The notes under the pieces were generated by a model that saw only the letters and a program-made list of their open reading frames with translations, searched no databases and had not been told where the DNA came from. Both the position numbers and the translations under genes were made by a program. A DNA stretch of 64,000 nt from a virus, in IMG/VR virus record IMGVR_UViG_3300021478_000216, positions 1-64,000 of that record; one strand, written 5' to 3'. Positions 17,888 through 27,929 of this stretch are shown here, piece after piece; the first letter of the stretch is position 1; every line of letters starts with the position of its first letter.

Positions 17888-19843
17888 GTGGTGGCGACAC
17901 TTGTTCAGTCGGTATCAGTCAGCACTAATACTGCTTCGCCCCTGTCTATTACCCTGGGTGCGAATACTTCTCAGGGTAATACTCTTATTGTCTGCTCGAA
18001 CGGCAATGCAGCAGTTAATGACCCGTCCGTTACGGGTATTACTCTAGGAAGTGCATCAGGTAACTTTGCTCAGAATGTTACTATTGGTACTCCTTCTACT
18101 GACTTTCAGACGGTGTCGATATGGTCTGATCCTAACTGTACTGGTGGACAGACGTCGGTATCGGTTTCGTTTAGTACTTCTGGTGGCAGTATAGCCTTCT
18201 GTGTTACTGTTATGGAATGGGCTGGTCTGCTACTTGCAGTGCCGAATTCGGACAAGACAGCCGGTCAGATAAATAATACTAACGGGACTTCGTGGTCTTC
18301 ATCTGCGACAGCAGGGCTTAGTCAGTCTCCAGAGCTTGCTATCGGAATAGTAGGTGCCTATCTTAGCACAGGCGTCGGAACGATAAACGGTCCGTCGCCG
18401 CCTTGGTCGAACCTGACCCAGAAGAACTCGCCTGGCGGTACGGTAGGACAGCTCGTTGGGTATCAGGCGCTATCGTCTACTGCAGCAGTTACCTATTCAG
18501 GTACTACAGCTAATTCTGTTCAGTATGGCGCTGCTATTGCTACCTTCAAGGTACTAGCTAGCACGGACATACCTGATGTTCAACCTGGTCCTACTTGGAT
18601 CTCTCTGTATAAGCCTGGATGGAAGCGGACCCGTCCTCTTGCTACTCCTAGTAGCGAGGCTGTTGAACAGGTTATAGCATTCTCGGTACCGCTACCTGCA
18701 CTGGTTACTAATATAGTAGGAACCGTTGTTCACGACGGTACGCTAGCTATCGTACTGTCGCCACCTGTAGCAGGGCTTAACGTTGCTTACGAGAGCAACT
18801 TCAGCGTAACGCAGTTCGCACCCGGTCCGACATGGTTGGAGTATTTCAAGCCGGGGCTTCAGAGAGCTCGACCGACGACACCCTGGCAGCAGATTACTGT
18901 TGAATTCGGGACGCTGAGTATTGTTATACCTCCGGTACTGACTACTACTCTAGCAGCTGTTCAGACCAATCCGGCAGACGTTACTGTATTTAATCCAGGG
19001 CCGACCTGGTGGACTCTATTCAAGCCTGGTCTGAAGCAGACCAGACCCTATACTACATTTGATCTCAAGGGTGAATCAGGCCGACCAGTAATTAATCTAC
19101 CAACCTTGTCAACCAGTATATCAGCTGCGCTCATGAACTTCAGCGACGTTCAAGTAGCTAATCCTGGCCCTACATGGCTTGCTTTGTTCAAGCCTGGAAT
19201 CCGGAAGCGTCCTGTTGAGCAGGACGATCGAGTTGCAGCCCTTATGACAGGCTCGGTTGTTATAGTACTGTCTCCAGGGTGCAGAGTCGAACTGGAGCAA
19301 GGTCCTCTTAGCATAGTTATACCGACAGTATCTTCTCAACTCCAAGGGATAGATTACTATGGTAGGCTAAATCCTGTTATTTCGTCGTTGTCCCTGACAA
19401 CTAGTTTGTTTGGGCAGACACAACAGACGGAACATGGCGCGCTCGCTATAGTATTGCCCGTTCTAGCTGCTACGATTGCGTGCGACAACGGGCGTAAGCT
19501 GCTGCCTATTACAGCTAAAATTCCTACTCTGATAGTGTCGCTATCGGGTGTGATTGTTCATAATGGAATATTTACGATTCTGTTTATGAATTGTGGTTCT
19601 GGACTACGCCCGTTGACGCGATACGAGATGTTCGGTTGTGAATCTGTAGTTGATATGGCGATAGTGCTGTCTGAACCTGTACTAGAGATTAGTGCTTATC
19701 TGACTAGGGTGCGAACAGGTAACGAAACTGCTAACTGGTTGCGGGCAAAGCGTGCTCGTTCTACTAGGCGGAGACAGATTCAAGCTGCTCGTACAGCCGC
19801 ACAGGGGCGTCAGAAACTGAGAGAGGACACTGACGATGGTTAA
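17888..19843 (+). CDS. virion fibre/decoration-like protein with 4 PGPTW repeats
   Basis: N-terminal beta domain, then four PGPTWxxxxKPG repeats; basic C-terminus. Confidence 0.65.
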   Translation: MVATLVQSVSVSTNTASPLSITLGANTSQGNTLIVCSNGNAAVNDPSVTGITLGSASGNFAQNVTIGTPSTDFQTVSIWSDPNCTGGQTSVSVSFSTSGGSIAFCVTVMEWAGLLLAVPNSDKTAGQINNTNGTSWSSSATAGLSQSPELAIGIVGAYLSTGVGTINGPSPPWSNLTQKNSPGGTVGQLVGYQALSSTAAVTYSGTTANSVQYGAAIATFKVLASTDIPDVQPGPTWISLYKPGWKRTRPLATPSSEAVEQVIAFSVPLPALVTNIVGTVVHDGTLAIVLSPPVAGLNVAYESNFSVTQFAPGPTWLEYFKPGLQRARPTTPWQQITVEFGTLSIVIPPVLTTTLAAVQTNPADVTVFNPGPTWWTLFKPGLKQTRPYTTFDLKGESGRPVINLPTLSTSISAALMNFSDVQVANPGPTWLALFKPGIRKRPVEQDDRVAALMTGSVVIVLSPGCRVELEQGPLSIVIPTVSSQLQGIDYYGRLNPVISSLSLTTSLFGQTQQTEHGALAIVLPVLAATIACDNGRKLLPITAKIPTLIVSLSGVIVHNGIFTILFMNCGSGLRPLTRYEMFGCESVVDMAIVLSEPVLEISAYLTRVRTGNETANWLRAKRARSTRRRQIQAARTAAQGRQKLREDTDDG

Positions 19844-20354
19844 TGCTTCGAATACCTGGGCGATGCCTGCAGACGTGCTTAACGTTACAGGTCAGGTAGT
19901 AACGCTATCTCAGGTTCAGTATGCGGGATCGATTATCGACCTATTTACCGGACGCCCATATGTGTTTACTTGGACAGAGCCTAGCTCGCAGGAAGTGATC
20001 ACGTATAACTGGTTCGAGAATGTTGGCGCAACCGACTTTTACTACTTGAATATGGCGGTTATCTATCAGACACTCTGGATGCAGCAGCAGCCTGATATCT
20101 TTACACGTCTCGAACTAGATTCTATTCAGACTATGCGTGCACCTATTAAGTTGAATAACGATAACGCGCTCATGATCGGACCTCTAGTTCGTAAGGCGTT
20201 GTCGCGGGTCTCATGGCTTCGTAGTCGGGCGCTTCACGTTAGGTCGCCATTCGAGGACCTGTATGCTGCTAACAGCGTGAACTTCGGTGAGTATATCTTC
20301 CCGTGGTCGCCAATAGGTGGTTACGGAGGGTCCCCTTCGGGACCAGACTACTAG
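19836..20354 (+). CDS. head-to-tail adaptor
   Basis: WAMPADVLNVTG, MAVIYQTLW, PLVRKALSRVSW; typical position and size. Confidence 0.6.
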   Translation: MVNASNTWAMPADVLNVTGQVVTLSQVQYAGSIIDLFTGRPYVFTWTEPSSQEVITYNWFENVGATDFYYLNMAVIYQTLWMQQQPDIFTRLELDSIQTMRAPIKLNNDNALMIGPLVRKALSRVSWLRSRALHVRSPFEDLYAANSVNFGEYIFPWSPIGGYGGSPSGPDY

Positions 20355-20364
20355 GAGGGATACA

Positions 20365-21213
20365 ATGACAGCTCAGCTCGTTACTTTGATAATAGACCGT
20401 ACAGATGGTGCGGAAAATCCCTATACTCAAGGATCGGGCGTATGGATTCCCAGCTCGGAAATTCCAGATCCTGCGGACCACATACTTATAGGACAAGACC
20501 CGATACCTTTCATGTTCAGTGCGGGAGCTTTTCCAAGCGTCCAACTGGTAGCTAACGATACTGCTGGTCCCCAGCAGTCAAGTGGAGCGCCTGGATGGTC
20601 CTGGATAGTCAAGTACGGGAGTAACGTACCTGGTAATCCTCCCTCTGCATCATACTACATACTTTCGACGAACGGACTGACTCAACGTCTCAGTCAGCTA
20701 GTGCCTATTCCGTTAATACAGCCGGGTATAGAGTACGTTTCTGCAGTCAATAGTAAGACTGGTGCTGTAGTCTTGAGTGCAGCTGACGTCGGTGCTTTGG
20801 CTAATCCGTCGCCTGCTGGAGGTGCTCTATCTGGGTCTTATCCTAATCCAGGGTTTGGTTCTGGTGTTATGGGTGGATATCTGGCTCCGAAGGTTAAGAC
20901 ACTAGTAGATGGTGCTAGCGTGCCTGTTGACCTGAGTCAGGCCAATCTGTTCCGTTGGCTCCTGAATAGTCCTGGACATTCACTAGCTAACCCATCTAAT
21001 CTAGTTGACGGACTAGCTTTCGTGGTCAGGATTATTTATGGAGGTCCTTATACACCTTTGTTTGGAACTGCTTATGAGTTCGGGTCGGATGGTCAGCCTA
21101 CCTGGTCAGCTTCAGCTGGTAAGATAGATGAGGTTGGGTTCGCGTACAACGCTGATGCAGGTGCAGGTTCCGGTTCTCTGACGTGCAGGGGCTGGAAACT
21201 CGGTTATACTTAG
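20365..21213 (+). CDS. fibre-like virion protein
   Basis: VSAVNSKTGAVVLSAADVGA and GGALSGSYPNP fibre motifs; start at MTAQL after GGAGG. Confidence 0.65.
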   Translation: MTAQLVTLIIDRTDGAENPYTQGSGVWIPSSEIPDPADHILIGQDPIPFMFSAGAFPSVQLVANDTAGPQQSSGAPGWSWIVKYGSNVPGNPPSASYYILSTNGLTQRLSQLVPIPLIQPGIEYVSAVNSKTGAVVLSAADVGALANPSPAGGALSGSYPNPGFGSGVMGGYLAPKVKTLVDGASVPVDLSQANLFRWLLNSPGHSLANPSNLVDGLAFVVRIIYGGPYTPLFGTAYEFGSDGQPTWSASAGKIDEVGFAYNADAGAGSGSLTCRGWKLGYT

Positions 21214-21253
21214 TATAGGTTCAACTACAGGGGCTGAGAGAGGAGATTAGGTC

Positions 21254-23590
21254 GTGACCTTCACCGCTGCCGGTACCCTCACGGAAGCCGAGAACGCGGT
21301 CGCGGCGACCAGCACGACGTTCTCCCTGACCACCAATACTGTTGGTAACTTCATCCTGGCGCAGTTCGCCTGCAACACGTCCTTCGCATCAGCGGTCACC
21401 AGCACCCGGTGCACCTGGACCCAGTTGGCGCCCGCCACCGGGGCGGCGTCATTCACGTTTAGTTCCCCGTTTAACTCGAATATCTGGATCGGCCGGGTAA
21501 ACAGCGTCGGCAGCGACACTGTATCGGTGACGTTCAACGCCTCGATGGGCGGGGCAAACTGCCGGTTTGACGCTCGCGAGTTCCACTCCAGTACAGGAGT
21601 CGCTGTGCTGGAAACCTACGGCACGGTTAACACGGCGGGAGGAACCAGCAGCTGGGCGACACTGACCCCGGCTGGCTCAGGTCGGCTTTACTGGGGCTGG
21701 TGTGAGGACAGCGGGTCGGCGGTCGCGGGTTCCACGTCCGGGTTCGTCTACGAGCCTGACAGTCATAGCAACGGTGCTGGTTACTGCCTAAGCGTATCTT
21801 CGGCCTATACTCCTGTGTGGGGAGACAGCAGCCAGGTAGCAGGCATCATGGTCCTAGTCAGCGGGACCCTGCCAGGTATAGATCAGCCGTCTATTCAGCC
21901 CGGGCCAACGTGGATCCGGCTCTTTAAGCCTGGACTCGTTAAGCCAGTACCAAGTATGCCTTGGCAGCGAGCTACTGGAGAGTCTGGGACGCTAAGTATT
22001 GTAATACCGTCTCTAACTGTATCGATAACGGCGTCTTATGAGAACAGTAGTAGTATTCCTGCTATTGCACCTGGGCCTACATGGCTAGATCACTATAAGC
22101 CAGGATCGACGCATCCTGTGCCGATCACGGTGTCTAGTAGTACTACAGTTGAATTTGGCACGCTCAATATTGTTCTACCTGCTGTAACATTTAATCCTTC
22201 TGGTACTGATGTTAACCCTATCGACGTTTCTATGATCAATCCAGGCCCGACCTGGCTGGATCTGTTTAAGCCCGGAATCCAGAGACCTAGACCTGTAACA
22301 CCTTGGCAGCAGGTTACGATTGAATTCGGGACGCTAAATATAGTTCTTCCTGTAACTAGCCTAATCCTGACAGGTACTGATGTTAATCCTGTCGATGTTT
22401 CTGGAATTAATCCAGGACCTACTTGGCTGGATTTGTTTAAGCCTGGACTTTCTAGGGCGAGACCCGTAGTACCCTGGCAGCAGATTACGGTTGAATTCGG
22501 TTCTCTTAATATTGTTATACCACCAGTACTGTCGACTAGTATCACGTCGGTTCAGACTAATCCTAATGACGTCTCTATAATTAATCCGGGACCGACCTGG
22601 CTGAACCTGTTTAAGCCTGGACTTCCTAAGCCTAAGCCACTGACTCTTTCTAATGTTGGCGGCCTTATTGTTGAATCCGGTACTCTTAACATTATTCTTC
22701 CTGTATTGAGTCTAGCTCTTGCAGGCACTGACGTTAACCCTATTGATACTCCCGGGATCAATCCAGGACCTACGTGGATCGAACTATTCAAGCCTGGGTT
22801 TTCCAAGCCTAGGCCTGTAACACCTTGGCAGCAGATCACAGTTGAGTCTGGCTCATTTAATATTGTTCTTCCTGCTATTAGCCTTGCACTTACGGGTAGC
22901 GATGTTACACCTATTGACGTTCCTAGTATTAATCCGGGACCAACGTGGCTAACACTCTTTAAGCCAGGCTTTTCGAAGCCTCGGCCTCTTACTCTCTCTA
23001 TTAATGCTCTAGCGATTCCTACAGAGTCTGGTATTCTAAATATCGTCTTGCCTGCAGTGAGTCTAGTACTGTCGGGTAGCGATATTACGCCGATCGATAC
23101 ACCTAGTATTAAGCCAGGGCCTACTTGGCTAAGTCTGTTTAAGCCTGGGTTGTCTAAGTCTAGACCTATTACGCTTACTAGTAGCGGAATTGCAGTCTTT
23201 ACTGAATCAGGTACTCTTAACATAGTTCTGTCAGTACCAGTCTTTACTCCTACAGGTATTGACGTCACGCCGACTGATATGCCTGAAATTAATCCAGGAC
23301 CGACTTGGTTGGCTTTGTTTAAGCCGGGACTAGTCAGACCTCATGTGCTCACAGTCTCTAGTAGAGTTACTGTTGAGTTCGGCACCTTTAATGCAGGCTT
23401 GAGTTCTCCTATAGTAACTCTAGCGGCCATACAGACGAACCCGAACGACGTTCCAGTATTCAATCCTGGACCAACTTGGTGGGCTTTGTTTAAGCCTGGT
23501 ATCTCGAGGCCTCATCCGGAAGGTCTTTCGGTAGCAGTTACTGTGGGATCTAGAGTATCTACCGGTCTACTTATGGCATCGATCATCTAA
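21254..23590 (+). CDS. virion protein with 10 tandem ~60-aa PGPTW repeats
   Basis: Ten PGPTWxxxxKPG...E[FS]GxLNIVLP...DVxPxD units after an N-terminal beta domain. Confidence 0.72.
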   Translation: MTFTAAGTLTEAENAVAATSTTFSLTTNTVGNFILAQFACNTSFASAVTSTRCTWTQLAPATGAASFTFSSPFNSNIWIGRVNSVGSDTVSVTFNASMGGANCRFDAREFHSSTGVAVLETYGTVNTAGGTSSWATLTPAGSGRLYWGWCEDSGSAVAGSTSGFVYEPDSHSNGAGYCLSVSSAYTPVWGDSSQVAGIMVLVSGTLPGIDQPSIQPGPTWIRLFKPGLVKPVPSMPWQRATGESGTLSIVIPSLTVSITASYENSSSIPAIAPGPTWLDHYKPGSTHPVPITVSSSTTVEFGTLNIVLPAVTFNPSGTDVNPIDVSMINPGPTWLDLFKPGIQRPRPVTPWQQVTIEFGTLNIVLPVTSLILTGTDVNPVDVSGINPGPTWLDLFKPGLSRARPVVPWQQITVEFGSLNIVIPPVLSTSITSVQTNPNDVSIINPGPTWLNLFKPGLPKPKPLTLSNVGGLIVESGTLNIILPVLSLALAGTDVNPIDTPGINPGPTWIELFKPGFSKPRPVTPWQQITVESGSFNIVLPAISLALTGSDVTPIDVPSINPGPTWLTLFKPGFSKPRPLTLSINALAIPTESGILNIVLPAVSLVLSGSDITPIDTPSIKPGPTWLSLFKPGLSKSRPITLTSSGIAVFTESGTLNIVLSVPVFTPTGIDVTPTDMPEINPGPTWLALFKPGLVRPHVLTVSSRVTVEFGTFNAGLSSPIVTLAAIQTNPNDVPVFNPGPTWWALFKPGISRPHPEGLSVAVTVGSRVSTGLLMASII
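21890..23500 (+). repeat. degenerate coding tandem repeat (~175-190 bp unit)
   Basis: Recurring AATCCAGGACC..TGG...TTTAAGCCTGG at roughly 180-bp spacing. Confidence 0.8.
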
Positions 23591-23600
23591 GGAGGAGACT

Positions 23601-23975
23601 ATGTATGCAATCGCTAATACGCTAGTAACGATTCTGCGAGGAACGTCAGCAGATAGCTTCGGAGACACGATAGATGCGCCTGTGCCAGTGTATACTGATG
23701 TTATAGCGTTCCTTAGTTATCCGACGATGAGTCCTCTGCGTCCTATCGTTCTAGGTCAGCAGGTCTTTGAGCCTGCTACGCCCGATCCTAGTACTACACG
23801 ATTGGCTGCCTGTACTCTTCCTTCAGGGACCGATATTAGGAATACTGATCAGGTGCTTGATCAGTTTACAGGAGCTATATACCAGGTGTATGCAGTGACT
23901 ACACTTGGTAATGCGGGAGCAACGCCAGATATTCTAGTTACTCTAAAGCGCGTAACTACTACGGAGCCTGCCTAG
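23601..23975 (+). CDS. head-to-tail stopper
   Basis: TILRGTSADSFGD, GTDIRNTDQVLD, VTLKRV. Confidence 0.65.
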   Translation: MYAIANTLVTILRGTSADSFGDTIDAPVPVYTDVIAFLSYPTMSPLRPIVLGQQVFEPATPDPSTTRLAACTLPSGTDIRNTDQVLDQFTGAIYQVYAVTTLGNAGATPDILVTLKRVTTTEPA

Positions 23976-23983
23976 GAGATAGC

Positions 23984-24403
23984 ATGATTCGGAAAGTAGT
24001 GAATTGGGTTATTTATAGAACAGGTCGTCGCGGAGCCTTTCTAGCCTTCCTGATGATCCTCGACGCAGTCTACGGCTATAGTCTCATTATGCTTCCGGGG
24101 ACTACTATTCACCCGAATCTGATCCTGCCTCTACGCGCTTGGGGTTGGCTCTGGATAGCTGCGGCTGTATGCTGTGCTTCAGGTATACTCCTGCGGAAGG
24201 ATAGGATCCCGTATTCGGTAGCTGCATTGCTGAAAACTGCGTGGGGACTTACCTTCGCTTGGCTTTGGTATCAAGGACTGCCAGAGTGGCCTTCTGTAGT
24301 CGTCTGGCTAGCTTTCGCACTTATAGTGCTACTAGTTGCTGGATGGCCAGAGAAGACAGTATTCGCAGATCCCTCTCCACCTAAAGTACCGGAGAAGCTA
24401 TGA
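23984..24403 (+). CDS. four-TM membrane protein (holin-like candidate)
   Basis: Four hydrophobic helices; GRRGAFL...WGWLW...GWPE. Confidence 0.6.
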   Translation: MIRKVVNWVIYRTGRRGAFLAFLMILDAVYGYSLIMLPGTTIHPNLILPLRAWGWLWIAAAVCCASGILLRKDRIPYSVAALLKTAWGLTFAWLWYQGLPEWPSVVVWLAFALIVLLVAGWPEKTVFADPSPPKVPEKL

Positions 24404-24741
24404 CTAGTGATCACATCATCGAGATTCTACTTGGACTGCTTACGCTAGTCGTAGGGCTCGTTACTTTTATGGCTGCGACGCGTACTGATCGTGAGCAGTC
24501 TCGTGCTGAGAGAGTAGCGGTTGATGCAGCTGCGTACAAGCGTGCACAGGACATTTATGAAGGCGCCCTGAAGACACTACGCGAAGAATTGGATACCACA
24601 CGGAACGATCTACATGAGGCTCGTGTCGAGATGGTAGGACTACGTCAAGAGCTGACTGATACTCGTACTGAACTGTCTAAGGCTCGTAGGGACATTAGTA
24701 GTCTACGCGCGGAACTACATCGATACGAAGACAATCATTAA
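24400..24741 (+). CDS. membrane-anchored coiled-coil protein
   Basis: N-terminal TM, then heptad repeats. Confidence 0.65.
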   Translation: MTSDHIIEILLGLLTLVVGLVTFMAATRTDREQSRAERVAVDAAAYKRAQDIYEGALKTLREELDTTRNDLHEARVEMVGLRQELTDTRTELSKARRDISSLRAELHRYEDNH

Positions 24742-24750
24742 GGAGGAATT

Positions 24751-24852
24751 ATGTGGGAAGACCTTAAGGCTATCGCAATCGCCGCAGCGGGAATCGGTGT
24801 AGGTATCCTTCTCGGAGGATTCCTGGTTCACCTGACAGGGCTCCACCTGTGA
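24751..24852 (+). CDS. 33-aa single-TM peptide
   Basis: AGGAGG RBS; MWEDLKAIAIAAAGIGVGILLGGFLVHLTGLHL. Confidence 0.6.
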   Translation: MWEDLKAIAIAAAGIGVGILLGGFLVHLTGLHL

Positions 24853-25298
24853 CTACGCCACAGGAGGTACCTGCCCATGTACAGACAGTCGCCCATAACT
24901 ATACCGTCCACTATCCGGCCCACGAGCCTCGAGCAAACGATCCCCACCACGCAGACTTCGAGGAGTGGAAACAGAGACGAAGAGCTGCAGGTACGTACGA
25001 CTGCGACTTCGCTAAGAAGTATCGTCCTGACTTCTCTGAGTGCGATCTCACTAAGCCTCTGGAAGCGCATCACGCTGTTATCGAGTTTGCGCTCCAGAAC
25101 GGTGTAGATATCAAGCTCCTGGAGCAATTCTATCCAGGTGTTTCACAAGAAGGAATCGGCGCATGGATCGATTCCGACCAGAACCTGACGTTGCTGTGCG
25201 TATGGCACCATCGCGGACATGGTGGAGTTCATCTCGTCAGCGCGTCAGACTGGGCAGCTTACGAGTTCGTGAAGGGCATGATCTCATTATGTATGTAG
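24849..25298 (+). CDS. HNH-like His/Cys protein
   Basis: C..C, LEAHH, NLTLLCVWHHRGHGGVH. Confidence 0.55.
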   Translation: MTTPQEVPAHVQTVAHNYTVHYPAHEPRANDPHHADFEEWKQRRRAAGTYDCDFAKKYRPDFSECDLTKPLEAHHAVIEFALQNGVDIKLLEQFYPGVSQEGIGAWIDSDQNLTLLCVWHHRGHGGVHLVSASDWAAYEFVKGMISLCM

Positions 25299-26137
25299 GC
25301 GCGACACCGACCAAGTTCGGTCAGTACAGCATCGATGAGAAGCACCTGCTTCCGAGAGCACTGTTTCACTCTGCAGAGCCTCTTAAGGAAGTTACCTGGG
25401 ATATCCCGATCCCGGTCCTCGACCAGGAAGACCTGCTCGCGCAGTCGATCGATACGTCAGCTCTGGTTCCCGAAGCGCCTTCAGTCGACGCGCTCGGATC
25501 GTGCACTGCGAATGCTTCTACGGAGCACATTGCTCAGCTCGCCGTCGCAGCAGGCAAGGACCTCGAGTCCTTGGAGGTCGGCTACGGTGGCAGGATCTGG
25601 CGTATGTCACCGAATTCGGCACCTGCTAACGAACAGTGGGCGATCGTGTTCTACCATCTCACAACGGACCAGACCAACGACCCTTCGCAGGAGTGGCCTC
25701 CTACGGACTGTGGATCTACAGGGACGTACTGCTGCGAATTCGCAGTAGCGAACGGTCTTGCCAAGGACTACAACGTTCCTCACAATGTTCAGGGAGCGCT
25801 GCTCGCGCTTCAGACGGGTACTGTCATTCAGGGCGCTCCATGGTTCAACTCCTGGATGCAGCCTGACTCAGATGGCTTCGTCGACGGCGACGGTTCGGTG
25901 GACGCTCTTCAGGCGGCTATCCAGTCAGGTGTGGCTGGTGGTCACGAGACCTGCGAGCGAGGTATCGTCCAACTAGCACAGGTCAAGGCTACTGGTGCAA
26001 TCGACCTACAGAAGACGATCATCAAGGTTCGGAACTCCTGGAGCCAGAACTTCGGTCTAGACGGCGACTACCTGATCCACGCATCTACTCTGGACCTGCT
26101 CGGGAACTACGTCGATTACAAGCAGATGGTGGTCTAA
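25289..26137 (+). CDS. papain-like (C1) cysteine peptidase
   Basis: LDQ...GSCTANA (Cys), GGHE (His), RNSW (Asn); start at MYVGATP. Confidence 0.8.
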   Translation: MYVGATPTKFGQYSIDEKHLLPRALFHSAEPLKEVTWDIPIPVLDQEDLLAQSIDTSALVPEAPSVDALGSCTANASTEHIAQLAVAAGKDLESLEVGYGGRIWRMSPNSAPANEQWAIVFYHLTTDQTNDPSQEWPPTDCGSTGTYCCEFAVANGLAKDYNVPHNVQGALLALQTGTVIQGAPWFNSWMQPDSDGFVDGDGSVDALQAAIQSGVAGGHETCERGIVQLAQVKATGAIDLQKTIIKVRNSWSQNFGLDGDYLIHASTLDLLGNYVDYKQMVV

Positions 26138-26249
26138 GTGGGTAAGAGCAAGATCGTCATCCTCGTGGACTGGTTCTTCGACTGGTTTATTCTACCCTGG
26201 TACGAAGGTCTGGAAGGAGCAACTCTTCACCATCGGACTAAGGAATGCG

Positions 26250-26576
26250 ATGCAACTAAGTCCAGCTCGTAGAGTCCCTACGCTGGATGATTTGGAGCGG
26301 GCCGGTGACTATACTGGCCCGCACCCGATCATAAGCGGGGGCCATGAAGATCAGGTTGTCTGGTTTCTGCTGCCTACACATAAGGGAGTAGATATGTTCG
26401 ACCGTCCTGATGAACATTCTGGTCTGCACGGTGTCTATCAACCTCCTTGGACGTTTAGAGAGTGTCCTGATGGCTCTCTCGAGATTCGTGCATCGATAGG
26501 CTGCGGTAGTTCGCCTTTCTACTGGCATGGTTATCTCGATGAAGGAAACGTATGGAGGGAAGTGTTATTTTATTAG
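26250..26576 (+). CDS. hypothetical protein (DUF6527-like C-terminus)
   Basis: WTF...DGSLEIRASI...WHGYLDEG. Confidence 0.5.
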   Translation: MQLSPARRVPTLDDLERAGDYTGPHPIISGGHEDQVVWFLLPTHKGVDMFDRPDEHSGLHGVYQPPWTFRECPDGSLEIRASIGCGSSPFYWHGYLDEGNVWREVLFY

Positions 26577-26713
26577 TATCTCTCAGTATTTTGGGGACTT
26601 ACCCTAGCTTTCCTAGTGTGTTGTGTGTTATTATTAAAATAGAACGACGAAGTCTGCAGGGCGGTAGACGCCTAGGAACTTTGTCGTGCCACTGACGTAG
26701 AGGGACGTGGCGA

Positions 26714-27175
26714 GTGCGCGTTTATATCGATCCCGATGCGATCGGGCATATAGAGGCTGATGTCGAAGAATTTCTCGATGTAACTCTTGGGCCCTTGATC
26801 ACAGCAGACGCGATCCGATATGCACCTAAGCGTACGGGGGCACTCGCAGCGGGAATTGAGTACTACGTAGATACCACGACGCTGATTGTCTACTCGACAG
26901 CTGACTACACGTTGGATGTAGAATTCGGTCACCGCGTGTTCCACCGGTTTAGTCATCGTACGGGCCCCGAAATAGTTCCTGAAGAGCCGTTCTTGAGACC
27001 TGCGTTGTACAAGTATAGGTCGCCAGAGAATCCTGAAGGTACTCCTCCGTTGGTAGCTCCTGGTATCCAGCGCACTGGTCGTCCGACTACTCTCGAGCAG
27101 TGGATTCAGCGTCGCGCTTCACAGCAACGGATTAAGAGGGGTGGCTTATGGCTCTCCACCCCAATAGCGAACTAG
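26714..27175 (+). CDS. HK97 gp10-like neck/tail completion protein
   Basis: APKRTGALAAGI, YTLDVEFG, PFLRPAL. Confidence 0.75.
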   Translation: MRVYIDPDAIGHIEADVEEFLDVTLGPLITADAIRYAPKRTGALAAGIEYYVDTTTLIVYSTADYTLDVEFGHRVFHRFSHRTGPEIVPEEPFLRPALYKYRSPENPEGTPPLVAPGIQRTGRPTTLEQWIQRRASQQRIKRGGLWLSTPIAN

Positions 27176-27645
27176 TTGCTATGGCCTGGATAGGTAGTAT
27201 TCCAAGTCAGTTTGGCGTCTTCAATCCTGGTATGGTAGCTACTCAGCCTCCTGCTGAGCAGAACTGGCCTCTGAACCTAGACGGGGTCTCTAACTTTATT
27301 ACGGTAAACACTGTAGGAGGAACTCCTATGGCGGGTATGCCGATTGCACAGCCGCTAGTAGAGGTTAAGGCTTACGCAACTAAGCCTGGATCGAATAAGC
27401 CTCCTTGGTTCGCAGCTAATAATCTGTTGCAGCAGATCTGGCTTGCGTCAATGAGTAAGCTCCCAGGTGTTTTCGGACGTGTATTGACAATTGAGTTCGG
27501 GGGGAAAGTTTACGCACCTGCTTGTGTTATACATGCAGAGGTTCATACGGAAGCGAGGAGGATATATAGCGACGCGCGTAACTGGGCAGCATACTCGATG
27601 GACATGGCATTTTCTTGGCGTGAAGTAGGACTTGTTATTCAGTAA
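27148..27645 (+). CDS. tail terminator protein
   Basis: SELVAMAWI, GGTP, SNKPPW; position before the major tail gene. Confidence 0.65.
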   Translation: MALHPNSELVAMAWIGSIPSQFGVFNPGMVATQPPAEQNWPLNLDGVSNFITVNTVGGTPMAGMPIAQPLVEVKAYATKPGSNKPPWFAANNLLQQIWLASMSKLPGVFGRVLTIEFGGKVYAPACVIHAEVHTEARRIYSDARNWAAYSMDMAFSWREVGLVIQ

Positions 27646-27677
27646 GATATGGCGGACTGTATTCGGGAGGAGGAACC

Positions 27678-27929
27678 ATGGCTAGGAAGATGAAGATCAC
27701 TATCAAGCATCCTGGAGCTTTCACTAAGAAGTCGAAGGCTGCTGGGATGAGCAACCAGGCTTACGCTCGTAGGGTTCTTTCAGCTAAGAAGGGAACGTAT
27801 CCCGTATCTACAGTCCGTCAGGCAAACTTCGCCAAGAACTTTGGTGGAGCGTCACATCGTCGAGCCGGAACGGCTAAGGCGAAAGCAGTCGGTCGTAAGG
27901 CCGCAGCGACCCGTAGGAGGCGGGGATAG
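27678..27929 (+). CDS. very basic small protein
   Basis: KHPGAFTKKSKAAGMS...RQANFAKN; Lys/Arg/Ala rich; strong RBS. Confidence 0.7.
   Translation: MARKMKITIKHPGAFTKKSKAAGMSNQAYARRVLSAKKGTYPVSTVRQANFAKNFGGASHRRAGTAKAKAVGRKAAATRRRRG

Noticed and set aside
22093-23268. Antisense ORFs with repeats (22093..22545, 22552..23268) and 35263..35713
   Set aside because: Mirror frames of the PGPTW-repeat and Gly-rich plus-strand genes.
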